Source of the DNA: Gammaproteobacteria bacterium
GTDB taxonomy: Bacteria > Pseudomonadota > Gammaproteobacteria > JADZEE01
Assembly: GCA_965225625.1 (NCBI GenBank)
Contig: CBDDBH010000025.1
Location: forward strand, 96,152-160,151
Direction: 5' to 3'
Length of the DNA stretch: 64,000 nucleotides
Position numbers and translations under genes: made by a program. The notes beneath the pieces are model-generated. The model was not told where the DNA came from. It did not search any database and saw nothing but the letters and a program-made list of their open reading frames with translations. Below, in pieces: positions 41,351 to 52,089 of the stretch. Position 1 is the first letter of the stretch. Each line of letters starts with the position of its first letter.

Positions 41351-42274
41351 ATGAGCGCGGTCCCCACGTATCGCGTCACGTTCAGTCAAACCCGCTACGT
41401 GACGTTTGAAAAGGTCACTAGAAACCGAATTCATCGGCACTCGTTCTTCGAGCCCTGTATTGTCATATCCGGCACCGGCGAGTTTGAGCACGCGGGCAAG
41501 GTCATCCGGCTGCGCGAGGCCGATCTGTTTGTTGCGGATCCCGGCGTCTATCACGAGATACGCTCGCTGAAAACGCGAAATCTCAGGCTATACTTTCTGG
41601 CGTTCAATCTAACGCGGGGACCGGCGGCATCACCGAATGGCGAACAGGCGGGAATCGGCCAGCACGCGCTGACGGACTTTGTTCTGGGTCACGGTGTCCA
41701 TCTGCCGGGCCAATCCCATCTCATACCGCTGTTTGAACACGCAATGAAACTCGCGCGACACGACGTCAACCATCAGCTCAGTCCGTTCTATTGCCAGACT
41801 TCTCAATTGTTGCTGAGCCAAATTATTGCCAACCTTACTGATTCGAGCCGGGCCTCCGCTGAGAAACACCGCGAGCAGCTTCACAAAAGGAACATCGTAG
41901 AGATTATCGAGGAGCGCCTTCATGAGCCGCTGCGGATCGCTCAACTGGCCACAGACTGCGGAATGTCGGAGCGCACCCTTCGGCGCAGATGGAAGCGCTT
42001 GAGTCAGCGGACCCTGACGGATGAAATATCCCATCGCCGGATCGAACGTGCCAGTCATCTCCTCCTGTTGCAGGATTTATCCGTTGCGGATGTCGGCGAT
42101 CAGGTTGGTATCGCAAATCCGGCCCAGTTCTCACGGCTCTTCAAGGGCATAAAGAAAATAACGCCAAAATCGTACCGCGAGAAATATCTCGGCAAGCTGC
42201 CCGGGCTTTCGTCAGGGCAAACACAATTCAGAACAGAATTCCTCGATGGAGAAGTAAAAGAGTACGCCAGTTGA
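41351..42274 (+). CDS. AraC-family transcriptional regulator (cupin N-terminus plus HTH_AraC)
   Basis: A C-terminal double HTH (LRIAQLATDCGMSERTLRRRWKR...ISHRRIERASHLL...VGIANPAQFSRLFKGIKKITPKSYR). Confidence 0.8.
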   Translation: MSAVPTYRVTFSQTRYVTFEKVTRNRIHRHSFFEPCIVISGTGEFEHAGKVIRLREADLFVADPGVYHEIRSLKTRNLRLYFLAFNLTRGPAASPNGEQAGIGQHALTDFVLGHGVHLPGQSHLIPLFEHAMKLARHDVNHQLSPFYCQTSQLLLSQIIANLTDSSRASAEKHREQLHKRNIVEIIEERLHEPLRIAQLATDCGMSERTLRRRWKRLSQRTLTDEISHRRIERASHLLLLQDLSVADVGDQVGIANPAQFSRLFKGIKKITPKSYREKYLGKLPGLSSGQTQFRTEFLDGEVKEYAS

Positions 42275-42649
42275 CACTCTCGCGTTCTCACAGTTGAATT
42301 GTCGCGGAAAACGAACGACGGGTATCGAGAAGAGCCGACGGTCGCAGATAATCGCTGCAAAAGACCGCAATGGATCGAGGCTGTGTGAAAACAGCCTGGG
42401 TCGAAAGCGTACTCGCGCAGATTGCGAAATGGCCATAGTTATCCACATTTTCTCTGCTCTATTTTCTCGCTGAACTAGTCTAATCATTCCGCGAAGTTAG
42501 CGACTCCAAAACGTACTACGAGTTCGAAATCAACTCTCTCCGCCACGCAGTCTGGTCTCTGAGGATCGGTTCTCCGGTTGTCCTTCCTCAAAATTGGTCT
42601 GCGTTGATTTTGTTGCACTTTTTCTTCCAGCCCAGTTAGCCTGGCAGCC

Positions 42650-43672
42650 ATGTTGAAATGGTTGGGAATACTCCTCGGAACTCTCAGAAGCGCGCTTAGC
42701 AGCCGCCGTGAGCTGGCACTTGAGAACTTAGCGCTGCGTCAGCAGCTAGCCGCGGTCAAACACCGTCATCCAAAGCCGCGACTAACGGACACCGATCGCC
42801 TGTTCTGGGTTTTGTTGTCGCGGGTGTGGAAGTACTGGCGGAACTCACTGCACCTGGTCCAACCGGGCACCGTTGTGCGCTGGCATCGCCAAGGATTTCG
42901 CTACTATTGGCGTTGGAAGAGTCGGGGCCGGGGTCGCCCAAAGATTGAACCCGAACTGAAGGTTCTCATTCGGCAAATGTGTCGTGCCAATCCCCTGTGG
43001 GGTGCACCCCGGATCCATGGCGAGCTTTTGAAGCTAGGCATTGATGTCGCGGAGGTAACGGTGTCCAGGTACATGCTTCGTCGTCATGGGCCACCGTCTC
43101 AAAGCTGGCGAAGTTTCCTGGACAATCATTCCCGAGAGCTGATCTCGATGGATTTCTTCACCGTGCCTTCAGCAACGTTTCGAGTGCTATTCGTGTTGGT
43201 GATACTAAGCCATGAACGTCGGCGGATAATCCATTTCAATGTGACCGCGCATCCGACGGCGGTGTGGACAGCGCGACAACTGTTGGAGGCCGTCGGTGAG
43301 GGCGAAACGCCTGGGTACGTGCTCCGAGATCGTGACCGAAGTTACGGCAGACGATTCTCTCGGCAAGCCTCAGCGTTGGGTATAGAAGAAGTACTGACAG
43401 CACCCCGGTCGCCATGGCAGAACGCGTACGCGGAGCGGGTGATCGGATCTATCAGGCGAGAGGTCCTCGATCACGTCATCGTTCTTGGGGAACGGCATCT
43501 GAGACGGATGATGAAGCGATACGTTAGCTACTACAACGGCACGCGGACCCATCTATCACTGGAGAAGGATGCGCCGGAGAGGAGATCAGTGCAGCCACCG
43601 TGTGCGGGGAGGGTGGTCGAGTTACCTCGAGTGGGCGGACTGCATCATGAATACATTCGGCTGGCAGCCTAG
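42650..43672 (+). CDS. DDE transposase with an integrase (rve) core domain; IS481-family-like, family assignment tentative
   Basis: 340 aa with an N-terminal HTH (LALENLALRQQLAAVKHR), then GRPKI...LIRQM..ANPLWGAPRIHGELLKLGIDVAEVTVSRYM, a DDE/rve core with MDFFTVPS, and a C-terminal SPWQNAYAERVIGS. Confidence 0.7.
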   Translation: MLKWLGILLGTLRSALSSRRELALENLALRQQLAAVKHRHPKPRLTDTDRLFWVLLSRVWKYWRNSLHLVQPGTVVRWHRQGFRYYWRWKSRGRGRPKIEPELKVLIRQMCRANPLWGAPRIHGELLKLGIDVAEVTVSRYMLRRHGPPSQSWRSFLDNHSRELISMDFFTVPSATFRVLFVLVILSHERRRIIHFNVTAHPTAVWTARQLLEAVGEGETPGYVLRDRDRSYGRRFSRQASALGIEEVLTAPRSPWQNAYAERVIGSIRREVLDHVIVLGERHLRRMMKRYVSYYNGTRTHLSLEKDAPERRSVQPPCAGRVVELPRVGGLHHEYIRLAA

Positions 43673-43814
43673 GTCTGCTTGCGGATGAATATTGAGGAAC
43701 ACAGGTCATCTTATATTAGAGTTCCCTGCTAATTCCTCTAATTCATGGTGCCGACTTTGGTGAATGCAGCTGAAACTGGGATGAACAGAGGGTTTCAGCT
43801 GTAATAGTTCCTAT

Positions 43815-44066
43815 ACCATCGAGTCGTGTGAAAAACTGCTGCCAGAATAATAACAAGCAGGAGTAGCCGCGTTGCAATGGTTTGTCGCCGCGTGTTCAGC
43901 GTGTTTTAAATCGGGGACACAACTTACTGCTGAAATCATGTGTCTTCGCCAGCAGTTAGTTGTTCTCAAACGTCGCCAGCCGCGACCTACATCACGTCTA
44001 TCGGATGGCTGCCTAAGTCCAGACGACGTTTTTTCCCCCTTCGGCAAGCGACTAAAGGTAACCTAA
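43815..44066 (+). mobile_element. Left-end fragment of the same rve-type IS as at 37686, with a truncated transposase N-terminus (MQWFVAACSACFKSGTQL...LKRRQ)
   Basis: The first ~125 nt are near-identical to 37686..37810, then the sequence degrades. Confidence 0.55.
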
Positions 44067-44492
44067 CCTGACATATCAAGACTGCTCCAATCTGGCCAGA
44101 TTCAACTCCCAACTTGCCAAGCGTCTTCAGCAGGTTATTCAATTCCGGCAGCTTGATACCACGAACAAACTCTCTTTCCCAGGCCAGCGCATTCTCTTCA
44201 ATCTGCTCAAACGTGCGTCTGCCCTTTGCATTGATCTTCAGTTTGATGAGTCGATTATCCTGTTTGCTCTTGGTACGAGAAATCAGGCTTTTTTCAATCA
44301 AACGATCAAGCGCGCGGGTAATCGTTGCTTTATCGATGCCAGTTTTTTATGAATATCTCGGGATGAGACGTCATCCTGTTCGGACAAGATAACCAAGATG
44401 CTGAACTCGGGTTCGGAAATACCCAGATTTTCGTGCGTGGAGGCCAGAAGCCGTAGCGATCGCTCATTAATTGCCTTGAAGCGGCAAGGCAA
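43987..44492 (-). pseudogene. MarR-family transcriptional regulator; frameshifted in a T-run near 44335
   Basis: ORF 44298..44492 has the wing/HTH LSEQDDVSSRDIHKKLA. ORF 43987..44301 continues with LIEKSLISRTKSKQDNRLIKLKINAKGRRTFEQ.... The junction is at agtttttta. Confidence 0.6.
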
Positions 44493-44749
44493 AAAATTCT
44501 GGAAAACCAGTCTAGATTCTTGAGATCTCTTTGTTTGCGGTCCCGGCCAAAGTCAACTCTCCCAAAACACGAAGAAGTACCACCCGAATGCGAGGTGGCT
44601 AACCTAATATAGTAAGACAACTGCTGGATCCGCACCAGCCCGCACGTAGTCGCAGCGACACCGCGAACGCTTGCATTGACGATTTATTCGTTTATTATAA
44701 AACGTTTTATATAAAAAGATAAATTGAAAACTCGTTGAGGAAGGCACGA

Positions 44750-45139
44750 CATGAATACCAAAAACGCCAGACCAATCCGCTATCGAAGCAACCATTCAAA
44801 AGTACATCGATGGAATCGCCCAGCACAATACGGATCTGATTACGGAAGCTTTTCATTCCGACGCCATCATGAGTAGTCACCGTGGCGACCAGTTCAGCAT
44901 CGTGCCCGCCCGCGCAATCGATTGTGAATTATATGAATAACATCCCACCCATCAGCGAAACCAGCCCCGACTTCGCTGGCCGCATAGTTTCCGTTGAGCA
45001 AAAGGACACCATGGCGACCGCGGTGATCGCTGAGGACCGGCTCGAAGGGCTGAATTTTGTGACTTATTTCCACTTACATAAGGTTGATGGCACCTGGCTG
45101 ATCTCCAGTAAGGCAACCTATGGCGAACCTGCTGCGTGA
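44750..45139 (+). pseudogene. NTF2-like (SnoaL/lumazine-binding-like) small protein; frameshifted
   Basis: One frame reads AIEATIQKYIDGIAQHNTDLITEAFHSDAIMSSHRGDQFSIVPA (about 44770..44935). ORF 44882..45139 continues with IVSVEQKDTMATAVIAEDRLEGLNFVTYFHLHKVDGTWLISS. Confidence 0.45.
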
Positions 45140-45208
45140 ACTAAGGTTCGCAACGCCCAGGAAGGGAATAAAGGAGTTTCTGCAAGATCCGTCCGTGAGG
45201 AAACAGTC

Positions 45209-45742
45209 ATGAGTAACCTGGTCAAACCGACGTTCTCAGAAGAAGAGATCCGTAGCATCCGAGACGGCGTTAATGGCGTGAAGGGCACCATTCCAGCCCG
45301 TTTTTATTACGACGAGACCATTTACCAATACGAAGTGGAGCACGTACTCAAGAAAAACTGGCTGTGCGTCGGGCGCTGGGACCAGGTTGAACATCCCGGC
45401 GATTACTTCACTCTCAGAATGTGGGGCGAATCAATTGTTATCGTCCGCGACAAAGCAAACGAACTTCATGCTCTGATTAACGTGTGCCAGCATCGCTGGT
45501 CGCAAGTTGTCCATGACGGCAGTGGCAACGCCAATCTCTTTACCTGCCCGTATCACAACTGGACCTACAACTTGGACGGCAGTTTACGCGGTATGTCCGT
45601 GCAACCGGTCCCAGGGGTAGATAAGGCAACCTGTCGTATGCATAAACTCAGGATCGAAGAGTGGCAAGGATTTGTTTTCGTCAACTTCGAAAGCGATGCC
45701 AAGCCATTGGCCTGTGTGTGGCGAATTACTATTTCGCGCTAG
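45209..45742 (+). pseudogene. Rieske non-heme-iron ring-hydroxylating oxygenase alpha subunit, N-terminal Rieske domain only; truncated by an IS right-end fragment at about 45708
   Basis: The Rieske motif is CQHRW...CPYHNW. The last residues ...ACVWRITISR* are encoded by the repeat also found at 38018 (CVWRIAILR*). No catalytic domain follows. Confidence 0.65.
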
Positions 45743-46151
45743 CTAGAGCTTGTCCATGGGAAGGAATTTGCAACTGGTTGCAAAAAAGAGGGCTCCTCAG
45801 ACCTTCTTGAACACGGTGTTTAAACGAAACGTTGCACAGCAACATGCCGGCGTTACGGCGCTGCGTTTACGTCTCGTCTGTTGCTGAGCAACACATCGCC
45901 TTCGCCCGGTATGGAGCTTGTCCGTTAAAGTGGCTTTCTAGCCACCAGATCGATCAGCGCAGACATTCCCGAATGACCGAACCCTTCATCGATGCTGTCA
46001 TCGTGACTTTGCAAATGTTCGATATCAAAATCCGAGAACGTCTGCTGGAGAAAATCTTCTGTGTACATGTTATCCCTATCGGGTGGGCCACCAGTGCCAT
46101 ATTCGATTTGCTCCGGGCCGATAACCTTGCAAGACGAATAGTCCACTGGGC

Positions 46152-46550
46152 TTAAGGGCGTTTTGCAGGTTTTCGAATAGCCCCCCCGCGTTGATCTGGC
46201 GCGGCAAATTGAATGAAAATCGCAACGATGGCGTCATATGACCTCGCTGCGAATTCGTGGGTAAAGAGGTCGACTTGTTCGGTCTTGATCTTCACCCCCC
46301 GCTTGGCCGCAAGTTTTTCCGCCTTCTCTAGCGCCACGTCGGAGAAATCCACCGCATGGACGCCGGTACCTAGGCTGGCGAGAAAAGTCCCGTTACGACC
46401 TTCCCCATCGGCAACGGCCAGCACTTTTTGCCCGGCCGAAAACAACGCGGCCTGAGATTTTAGAAAGCTATTTGGCTCGGTTCCAAATAGATAGCCTTCC
46501 TTCCCAAACCGCTTGTTCCAAAAAGTCTGCTCTTGGTTTTCTTGGTTCAT
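46152..46550 (-). CDS. Class I SAM-dependent methyltransferase (small, TehB-like); C-terminus may be truncated
   Basis: VLAVADGEGRNGTFLASLGTGVHAVDFS is a SAM-binding motif I-like segment. Confidence 0.5.
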   Translation of the reverse strand: MNQENQEQTFWNKRFGKEGYLFGTEPNSFLKSQAALFSAGQKVLAVADGEGRNGTFLASLGTGVHAVDFSDVALEKAEKLAAKRGVKIKTEQVDLFTHEFAARSYDAIVAIFIQFAAPDQRGGAIRKPAKRP

Positions 46551-46839
46551 TATTCAAAGCCCACATGCTCTGGTTGGGTAAATACATTTGGCAGCACGAA
46601 TCACACGTGTTCGAGAGGTGATTGGGACCGCCTTAAGGGCGGCATTTCAATTATGTTGGATTCGAGCGACTGAGAGTATCGCTGCATCGCCAAATTCGGC
46701 TATTTGCCGCTTTTTGGCACCCCCGGGTCGCCATTGCCCGGCTAATGACGTTCACTCAAATCATTGAAGAGGACCGAAATTGGTCACCCAATGGGGACCA
46801 ATTAAGATCTCTGCGGACAATTTTTTCCGACCTAGGGTT

Positions 46840-47106
46840 TCAGCTGACATTGCGGTCTCTGCAGCGCACGATTATCAGCGTATCATCGCGGACGCTGTAG
46901 ACTAAGGAATGCTCCCGCGACATCGGCCGAGACCAAAGCCCGTCATACGTAGACGGATGGCGATCGCAGGTGAGGCCAAGAAACGGCTCGCGCATAATGC
47001 TGTCGATCGTGTCCTCGATGCTATCTAACTGGTGCATGTTGGCGTTCTGCCAATAACGGTAATCGTCGCGAGCAGCCGGCTCGAAAATAATCCGTGAGAA
47101 CTTCAC
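46840..47106 (-). CDS. yoeB: YoeB/Txe-family toxin (type II TA ribonuclease)
   Basis: VKFSRIIFEPAARDDYRYWQ ... GLWSRPMSREHSLVYSVRDDTLIIVRCR aligns with E. coli YoeB (MKLIWSEESWDDYLYWQ...GFWSRRITEEHRLVYAVTDDSLLIAACR). A GTG start is assumed. Confidence 0.7.
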   Translation of the reverse strand: MKFSRIIFEPAARDDYRYWQNANMHQLDSIEDTIDSIMREPFLGLTCDRHPSTYDGLWSRPMSREHSLVYSVRDDTLIIVRCRDRNVS

Positions 47107-47134
47107 GCTCGCCAGCGCGGGGCCGCCAGTTGAG

Positions 47135-47758
47135 CTACGCAACGGAGTAATCTCGCGCTACCAGACACGCTGTCATGGCCCGGCGATAGTCAAACGGGCT
47201 CGCATCCGCAGCAGTGGATTTGGGAACGCTCGGGTCGAAACCACTTTTGCGAGCCGCCCAGGTGTGGCATTCGAAGCGGTCTTTGGACTGTTGATCCTCG
47301 TCTTGCTCATCCTTCGGATAAATGAACACGTTGTAGTCAACATTGGCGACGGCCAAGTCGGAGGGCGGGGGCAAAGTCGGACCGGCAACGACCACGTATC
47401 CCCCAGCGGAGGACTCCCATGCGTAATAAGTATTATTCACGAGGTAGTACGGGCGATGACGTATGTGCACGACGTGATGGCGAGGCGGCAGTGCACGTAT
47501 CATTGCACCAATGGGCGCGGCAACGGCGACGTAACTGCCGCTACTCTCGTTGTAGAACACGCCGCTGGCGTAAAAATACGCAAAGCTACCCACCGTGATA
47601 CGCACGTGCCCGCCGGGCAGTCTGTTTAACCGGTGTCCGGGCGCGTGGAAACGACTAGCCTTGCTGTCGTGCTTGCGATGGCTGCGAGGCGGATCGGCCA
47701 AGGCCGGTACAGCGAGTACTGTGATAATGACCGTTGTAAGGAATATTTTAATCTTCAT
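47135..47758 (-). CDS. Secreted hypothetical protein with a signal peptide
   Basis: The N-terminus MKIKIFLTTVIITVLAVPALA is a signal peptide. No motif recognised. Confidence 0.4.
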   Translation of the reverse strand: MKIKIFLTTVIITVLAVPALADPPRSHRKHDSKASRFHAPGHRLNRLPGGHVRITVGSFAYFYASGVFYNESSGSYVAVAAPIGAMIRALPPRHHVVHIRHRPYYLVNNTYYAWESSAGGYVVVAGPTLPPPSDLAVANVDYNVFIYPKDEQDEDQQSKDRFECHTWAARKSGFDPSVPKSTAADASPFDYRRAMTACLVARDYSVA

Positions 47759-48232
47759 TTCCATTCTCACTTCCGTTGATCTAGCGGTGTCTCACGCTAC
47801 GCAGAAACCTGTGCTCCCTATTGGCGTTGTCTGAATCGACTAGTAACCATGTTTCACCCGGCTCCTTGATTCACGCGCATCGCAGAACAAAGGGGGCCAA
47901 ATTCACCGTAGGGGTGGGGGGACACGGAGGGTTGGTGAATTTGGCCCCTGCTAAACGCCAAATGGCTAATATGATCTCTTGCGTGGATTCGATGAACATG
48001 ACGCTCTAAAACGAGTGCATGTGACTTCCGTTGACAGGCAGGAGGGGTGATTTTTGTCACGAAGTGTAAATGATGCCGCGGGGCGACTTCCGGAAACCCG
48101 TTGTGTAGGTCTGGTTCTACCCCGACATGAGGTGGCCTAGGTCGTCCATGGTCATGATGTCAGCGTATGCGCTCGTTACCGCAATCATCGTGGCGATCAG
48201 GATTGTCCTGACCGCCGTCGTGGCCGCGACTG

Positions 48233-49474
48233 TCATATCTCGCCCGAGCGATCGTGGTGCTCGTCCTTGATGTAGCAAACGCAGGTGAGCGCGACGGCCG
48301 CCAGGCATGCAAAGATTAGAAACATCAGGTCGTAGCTTCCCGTGCGATCGTAAATTTCGCCACCCACGTAGGTCCAAAGACCACCTGCCAGATGGTGAAA
48401 GGTCATGACAAAACCCATGGTAACGCCAATGTGTGTGAGACCGTAAAGCTTGCCGAGCAGCGTGGGCGTGATCGGAGCCGTAATGAGAAAGGTAATACCG
48501 AATCCAACCGCGAAGACATAAAACGCTACGCTCGAGTGCCAGTTCAAGATCAAAACGAACAGGAGCAAACGCACGGCGAAGGCGAACGCCATCGGGATCT
48601 TGTTACCGATGACGTCCGCGACCGGGCCCGCGAGCAGGAGACCCGCGAGGCTCGTCAAGCCAAACAACGCGAGCATACGTCCAGCCATAGTCGGCGTCAT
48701 GCCGTTATCAGTGACCAACGGGACGAAATGTGTCATGACGGCGAAATCCGCGCCGCCGCAGATGATCATGGACACGAGGAAGAGCCAGTACGAACGCGTC
48801 CGCAGCGCGTGCCCGATCGAAACATCCCCGCTGGATGGGGCCGCGATCGGCTCACCGGTACGCGATTCCGTGTCGCTGCCGTATGCCTGCAACCCCATGT
48901 CTCCCGGTTCGCGGATCACGAGGAACCCGAGGGCTGTGATCACCACGAACATCATCGCGGCGACCGTGAGGTAGGCCGTCCGCCAGTCGTATTCCACAGT
49001 GATGCTGGTCAGCAGCGGTACCAGGACAAACTGACCTATGGAGGCGCCTGAGATGGTCAAGCTGGCCGCCATGCCACGGCGTTTGACGAACCATTTGGCG
49101 ATGATTGCCGATATCAACGGTACCGAGGTCCCGCCGATACCGAGCGCCACGATCACTCCGTAGGAAATGTAAAGCTGCCACAGCGCGGACACGTTTGCGG
49201 TCAGCGAGTAGCCGAGGGTGAGGAGCAGGGCGCCGATGGTGAGGATCGGCCTTGGTCCGATGCGGTCGTAAAGGCGTCCGATGAACACCATTGATGTTGC
49301 CAGCACGGTCATGTTCAGAAAATAGACGGATGAGATCGCGCCACGATCCCAGCCGAACTCGGCCGCCATGGGCTTAAGCATCACCCCGAACGAAAGATGC
49401 GTGCCAGTGCTCAGGAACAGAACGACGAACGCCGCCGCCAATACGTACCAGCCGTAGAATATCCTGGCTTTCAT
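48233..49474 (-). CDS. MFS transporter (oxalate/formate antiporter-like)
   Basis: 413 aa with 12 predicted TM helices. Confidence 0.7.
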   Translation of the reverse strand: MKARIFYGWYVLAAAFVVLFLSTGTHLSFGVMLKPMAAEFGWDRGAISSVYFLNMTVLATSMVFIGRLYDRIGPRPILTIGALLLTLGYSLTANVSALWQLYISYGVIVALGIGGTSVPLISAIIAKWFVKRRGMAASLTISGASIGQFVLVPLLTSITVEYDWRTAYLTVAAMMFVVITALGFLVIREPGDMGLQAYGSDTESRTGEPIAAPSSGDVSIGHALRTRSYWLFLVSMIICGGADFAVMTHFVPLVTDNGMTPTMAGRMLALFGLTSLAGLLLAGPVADVIGNKIPMAFAFAVRLLLFVLILNWHSSVAFYVFAVGFGITFLITAPITPTLLGKLYGLTHIGVTMGFVMTFHHLAGGLWTYVGGEIYDRTGSYDLMFLIFACLAAVALTCVCYIKDEHHDRSGEI

Positions 49475-49561
49475 TTCGGGCGCGTTTTTAAAGATCCATG
49501 TGTAAAAAAGGTGTCAGATCACTGCTCTGCGCGTACTGCGATTTCCTGATCCTCTATTGAA

Positions 49562-50695
49562 CTATTCCGATTTCAGCCGACTATCGAGCAGCCATTGAGA
49601 CGCCCGCGTATTTTCACTCCGTCCCGCCCTGCGGTAGGCATCAAAATCTACGGTTTCCGGATAGGTTTCGTCGTTTGCCACCACCATACGTACCCGAATG
49701 TCGTCAGGTGTGACATTAAAGACGACCCCGTCACGCGCCAACACCAGCGGCCCGCTATAAGTAGAACGGATATCGTCGTAAACCAATGGGACGCTTTGTA
49801 GGTCATAGAAAAAATGAAAGGCGACCGCCATTCGTGGTTTAACAAGGCTGAACATACGACCAGCTGCCGCCGGCTGCGTATGGATCAACGATCCGACAAT
49901 ATTCGCCAACTTTTCATCCCAGCCCCATACATCGATCATGCGCTGCACGGTGTCAATCGATTCGTGGAGCAGTAAATCGACGTTACGGGCATTTTCGAGC
50001 ATGAATTTTGTCTGAGTGGTGTCTCCCGAGAAAACGAAACTCAATTCGTTCCAATCGAGCCGGTAACTCACCGGACCGTCCGGCCCGTGTAACGCCGGGA
50101 AGCTGGAAATAGTAACGCCGTTTTGTTGATACACTGTTTGCGTTTTCGAATAATCGAACTCGTGGATTTCCAGCTCCGCCCCCGCCGCGGGCAACTTACC
50201 GTGCCGACTAGCCAGATCCCAGGTCCATGCGGCTTTCTGCATTTTCAGAAAATGTGCGGTACCCATTTCTGGCGTCGCTCCGGACGGACCCCATATCCTG
50301 AGAGGACGGTCCCAACGTCCGGCGAGCCACCCGCCGATCCAGATCTCCGCCAGGTCGCCTGCATGGTCGGAATGCAGGTGAGACAGAAACACTTTGTCCG
50401 CATCACGGTAGGAAACCCTGAGCGGCGGGAAATTCATCTGTGAGCCCGTGCCGATATCAAAGAAGAACTTATCGCCGTTGCCCAGTTCAACAAACCATGA
50501 GGTTGAGGCTTGGGATTTACGCGGGGACGGATTTCCGGTGCCAAGTGCAACTACCCGCATCTCGTCCTCTGCGAGTGTTTCCGTGCCGGGGTAGTAATCT
50601 GTACGGTGGTAGTTAGCAAATGACTCCTGGGCTGAGATGTTTAGGCTAAACAAAGCAAAAAACGTCGAACTCGCGAACAACAATGTGGTCTTCAT
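49562..50695 (-). CDS. MBL-fold metallo-hydrolase, secreted
   Basis: It has a signal peptide and the HxHxDH motif LSHLHSDHAGD. Confidence 0.7.
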   Translation of the reverse strand: MKTTLLFASSTFFALFSLNISAQESFANYHRTDYYPGTETLAEDEMRVVALGTGNPSPRKSQASTSWFVELGNGDKFFFDIGTGSQMNFPPLRVSYRDADKVFLSHLHSDHAGDLAEIWIGGWLAGRWDRPLRIWGPSGATPEMGTAHFLKMQKAAWTWDLASRHGKLPAAGAELEIHEFDYSKTQTVYQQNGVTISSFPALHGPDGPVSYRLDWNELSFVFSGDTTQTKFMLENARNVDLLLHESIDTVQRMIDVWGWDEKLANIVGSLIHTQPAAAGRMFSLVKPRMAVAFHFFYDLQSVPLVYDDIRSTYSGPLVLARDGVVFNVTPDDIRVRMVVANDETYPETVDFDAYRRAGRSENTRASQWLLDSRLKSE

Positions 50696-50844
50696 GTTTC
50701 GCTCACTCCATAAATACATTTGCGGGATCACTCACGTTGTTACTTCCGTGCATCTGAATTCTGCGCGGAGCCGAAACTGTCGACGCCAAGGGCGCTCTTT
50801 CGACTCCAATGCCGGCGGCAGCGATAATAGCAAGAATCGATTTA

Positions 50845-51945
50845 CTCAGCAGTCGCCAATATAGGCGACAGATGGAGCAAGAAAGAATGATCGAACAAGG
50901 TGGGGCATACGCTTGAGTTGGGCTAGTTGCTCCTCGATCTTCTCGCGCAGTGTTTCGCCCGCCCGCAGCGTCCGTCGCGCCGCACCAGTGCGCTTGACGT
51001 GACTCCACACCCATTCATCGGGGTTCAGGTCTGGCGCGTAACCGGGCAGAAAATGCAGGCTCAGCCGGCCATTCGTCGAAGCGACGTAGTCGCGCACGCG
51101 CGCGGTCTTGTGCGCCGGCAGACTGTCGAGCACGAGATGCACCGGCTTGCGCCGGCCCCGCATGAGCTGGCGCAGCAAGGTGACAAACAAAGCGGCTTTG
51201 AGCGCGCCGCTATAGGTGCAAAACCAGAACGCCCCGTTGGCGTTGACCGCCGAGGCGGCACTGAACGATTGACGCTGTCCGGGTCGGTACACGACCGGCG
51301 TCTGGCCGCGCACGCCCCAGGTCTTACCGTGCACCGTATCAGCACGGAAGCCAGACTCATCCCAGAAAAACACCTCGCCACCGTGCTGTTTCGCTTGACG
51401 GGCGATGGCTGGGAAGGTTTCACGCTGCCAGCGTTCAATCGCCTCGGGGTCCCGCTGATAGGCTCGCTGCAGCGGCTTGTGCGGCGTCAATCCCAGTTTC
51501 GCCAACAACTCCCCGACCGCCGTGACGCCTATCGTCACCCCGAACTTCTGCGTCACCAACTCCACGACCACCGCGCGCGTCCACAAGCCGAAGTCCAATC
51601 CATACTGTCGCGGGTCACGACCATTGACCCAGCGGAACACCTGTCGCTCTTGCGCCGCGCTCAGGGTTCGTGGCCGCCCCGTAGCCTTCGTCGAACGCAA
51701 CGCCTTGATGCCGACACCCGGCTGCAGCGCCGCTTTGATCCATTTGTAGATGGTCGTCCGGTTGAACCCGAACGATGCGATCACCGTCGCCGGCGACTCG
51801 CCTTCGCGAACGCGCTCTATCGCCATCAAGCGAATAGCTTCCAAGGTCGAATGGTCAAGCGTGCGGCCGTCCAGTTTCATATCTGATCCGATCGGTACGC
51901 TCTCAGAAAGTTCCATCGATGTCGCCTTATTTATCGACTAGTGAG
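50845..51945 (-). mobile_element. IS630-family insertion sequence, copy 2 (TA target duplication at 50843..50844 and 51946..51947)
   Basis: Its ends are near-identical to copy 1. Its transposase differs at about 4 residues. Confidence 0.8.
50846..51916 (-). CDS. IS630-family DDE transposase
   Basis: 356 aa, about 99% identical to the 10607..11677 copy. Confidence 0.85.
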   Translation of the reverse strand: MELSESVPIGSDMKLDGRTLDHSTLEAIRLMAIERVREGESPATVIASFGFNRTTIYKWIKAALQPGVGIKALRSTKATGRPRTLSAAQERQVFRWVNGRDPRQYGLDFGLWTRAVVVELVTQKFGVTIGVTAVGELLAKLGLTPHKPLQRAYQRDPEAIERWQRETFPAIARQAKQHGGEVFFWDESGFRADTVHGKTWGVRGQTPVVYRPGQRQSFSAASAVNANGAFWFCTYSGALKAALFVTLLRQLMRGRRKPVHLVLDSLPAHKTARVRDYVASTNGRLSLHFLPGYAPDLNPDEWVWSHVKRTGAARRTLRAGETLREKIEEQLAQLKRMPHLVRSFFLAPSVAYIGDC

Positions 51946-52089
51946 TAAACGACGTTTCCTGTTTCATGTATAGCGAGTGCCCTTGTTGAAATATCTGCTT
52001 GTAATGCCATGAACATCTAGTCCGATCCTTGACAATTGCAACATCGAGATTTGTTCCGAGCGCCGGTCAAATAGAGTAAAGGAGGTCTT

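Noticed and set aside
45832-46155. ORFs at 45832..46155 (+) and 45925..46146 (-) downstream of the truncated Rieske gene
   Set aside because: No recognisable domain. They may be remnants of the deleted oxygenase catalytic region or of the IS, but I cannot support a call.
47107-47400. YefM antitoxin upstream of YoeB
   Set aside because: The only sizeable ORF there is the C-terminus of a secreted protein with no Phd/YefM similarity.
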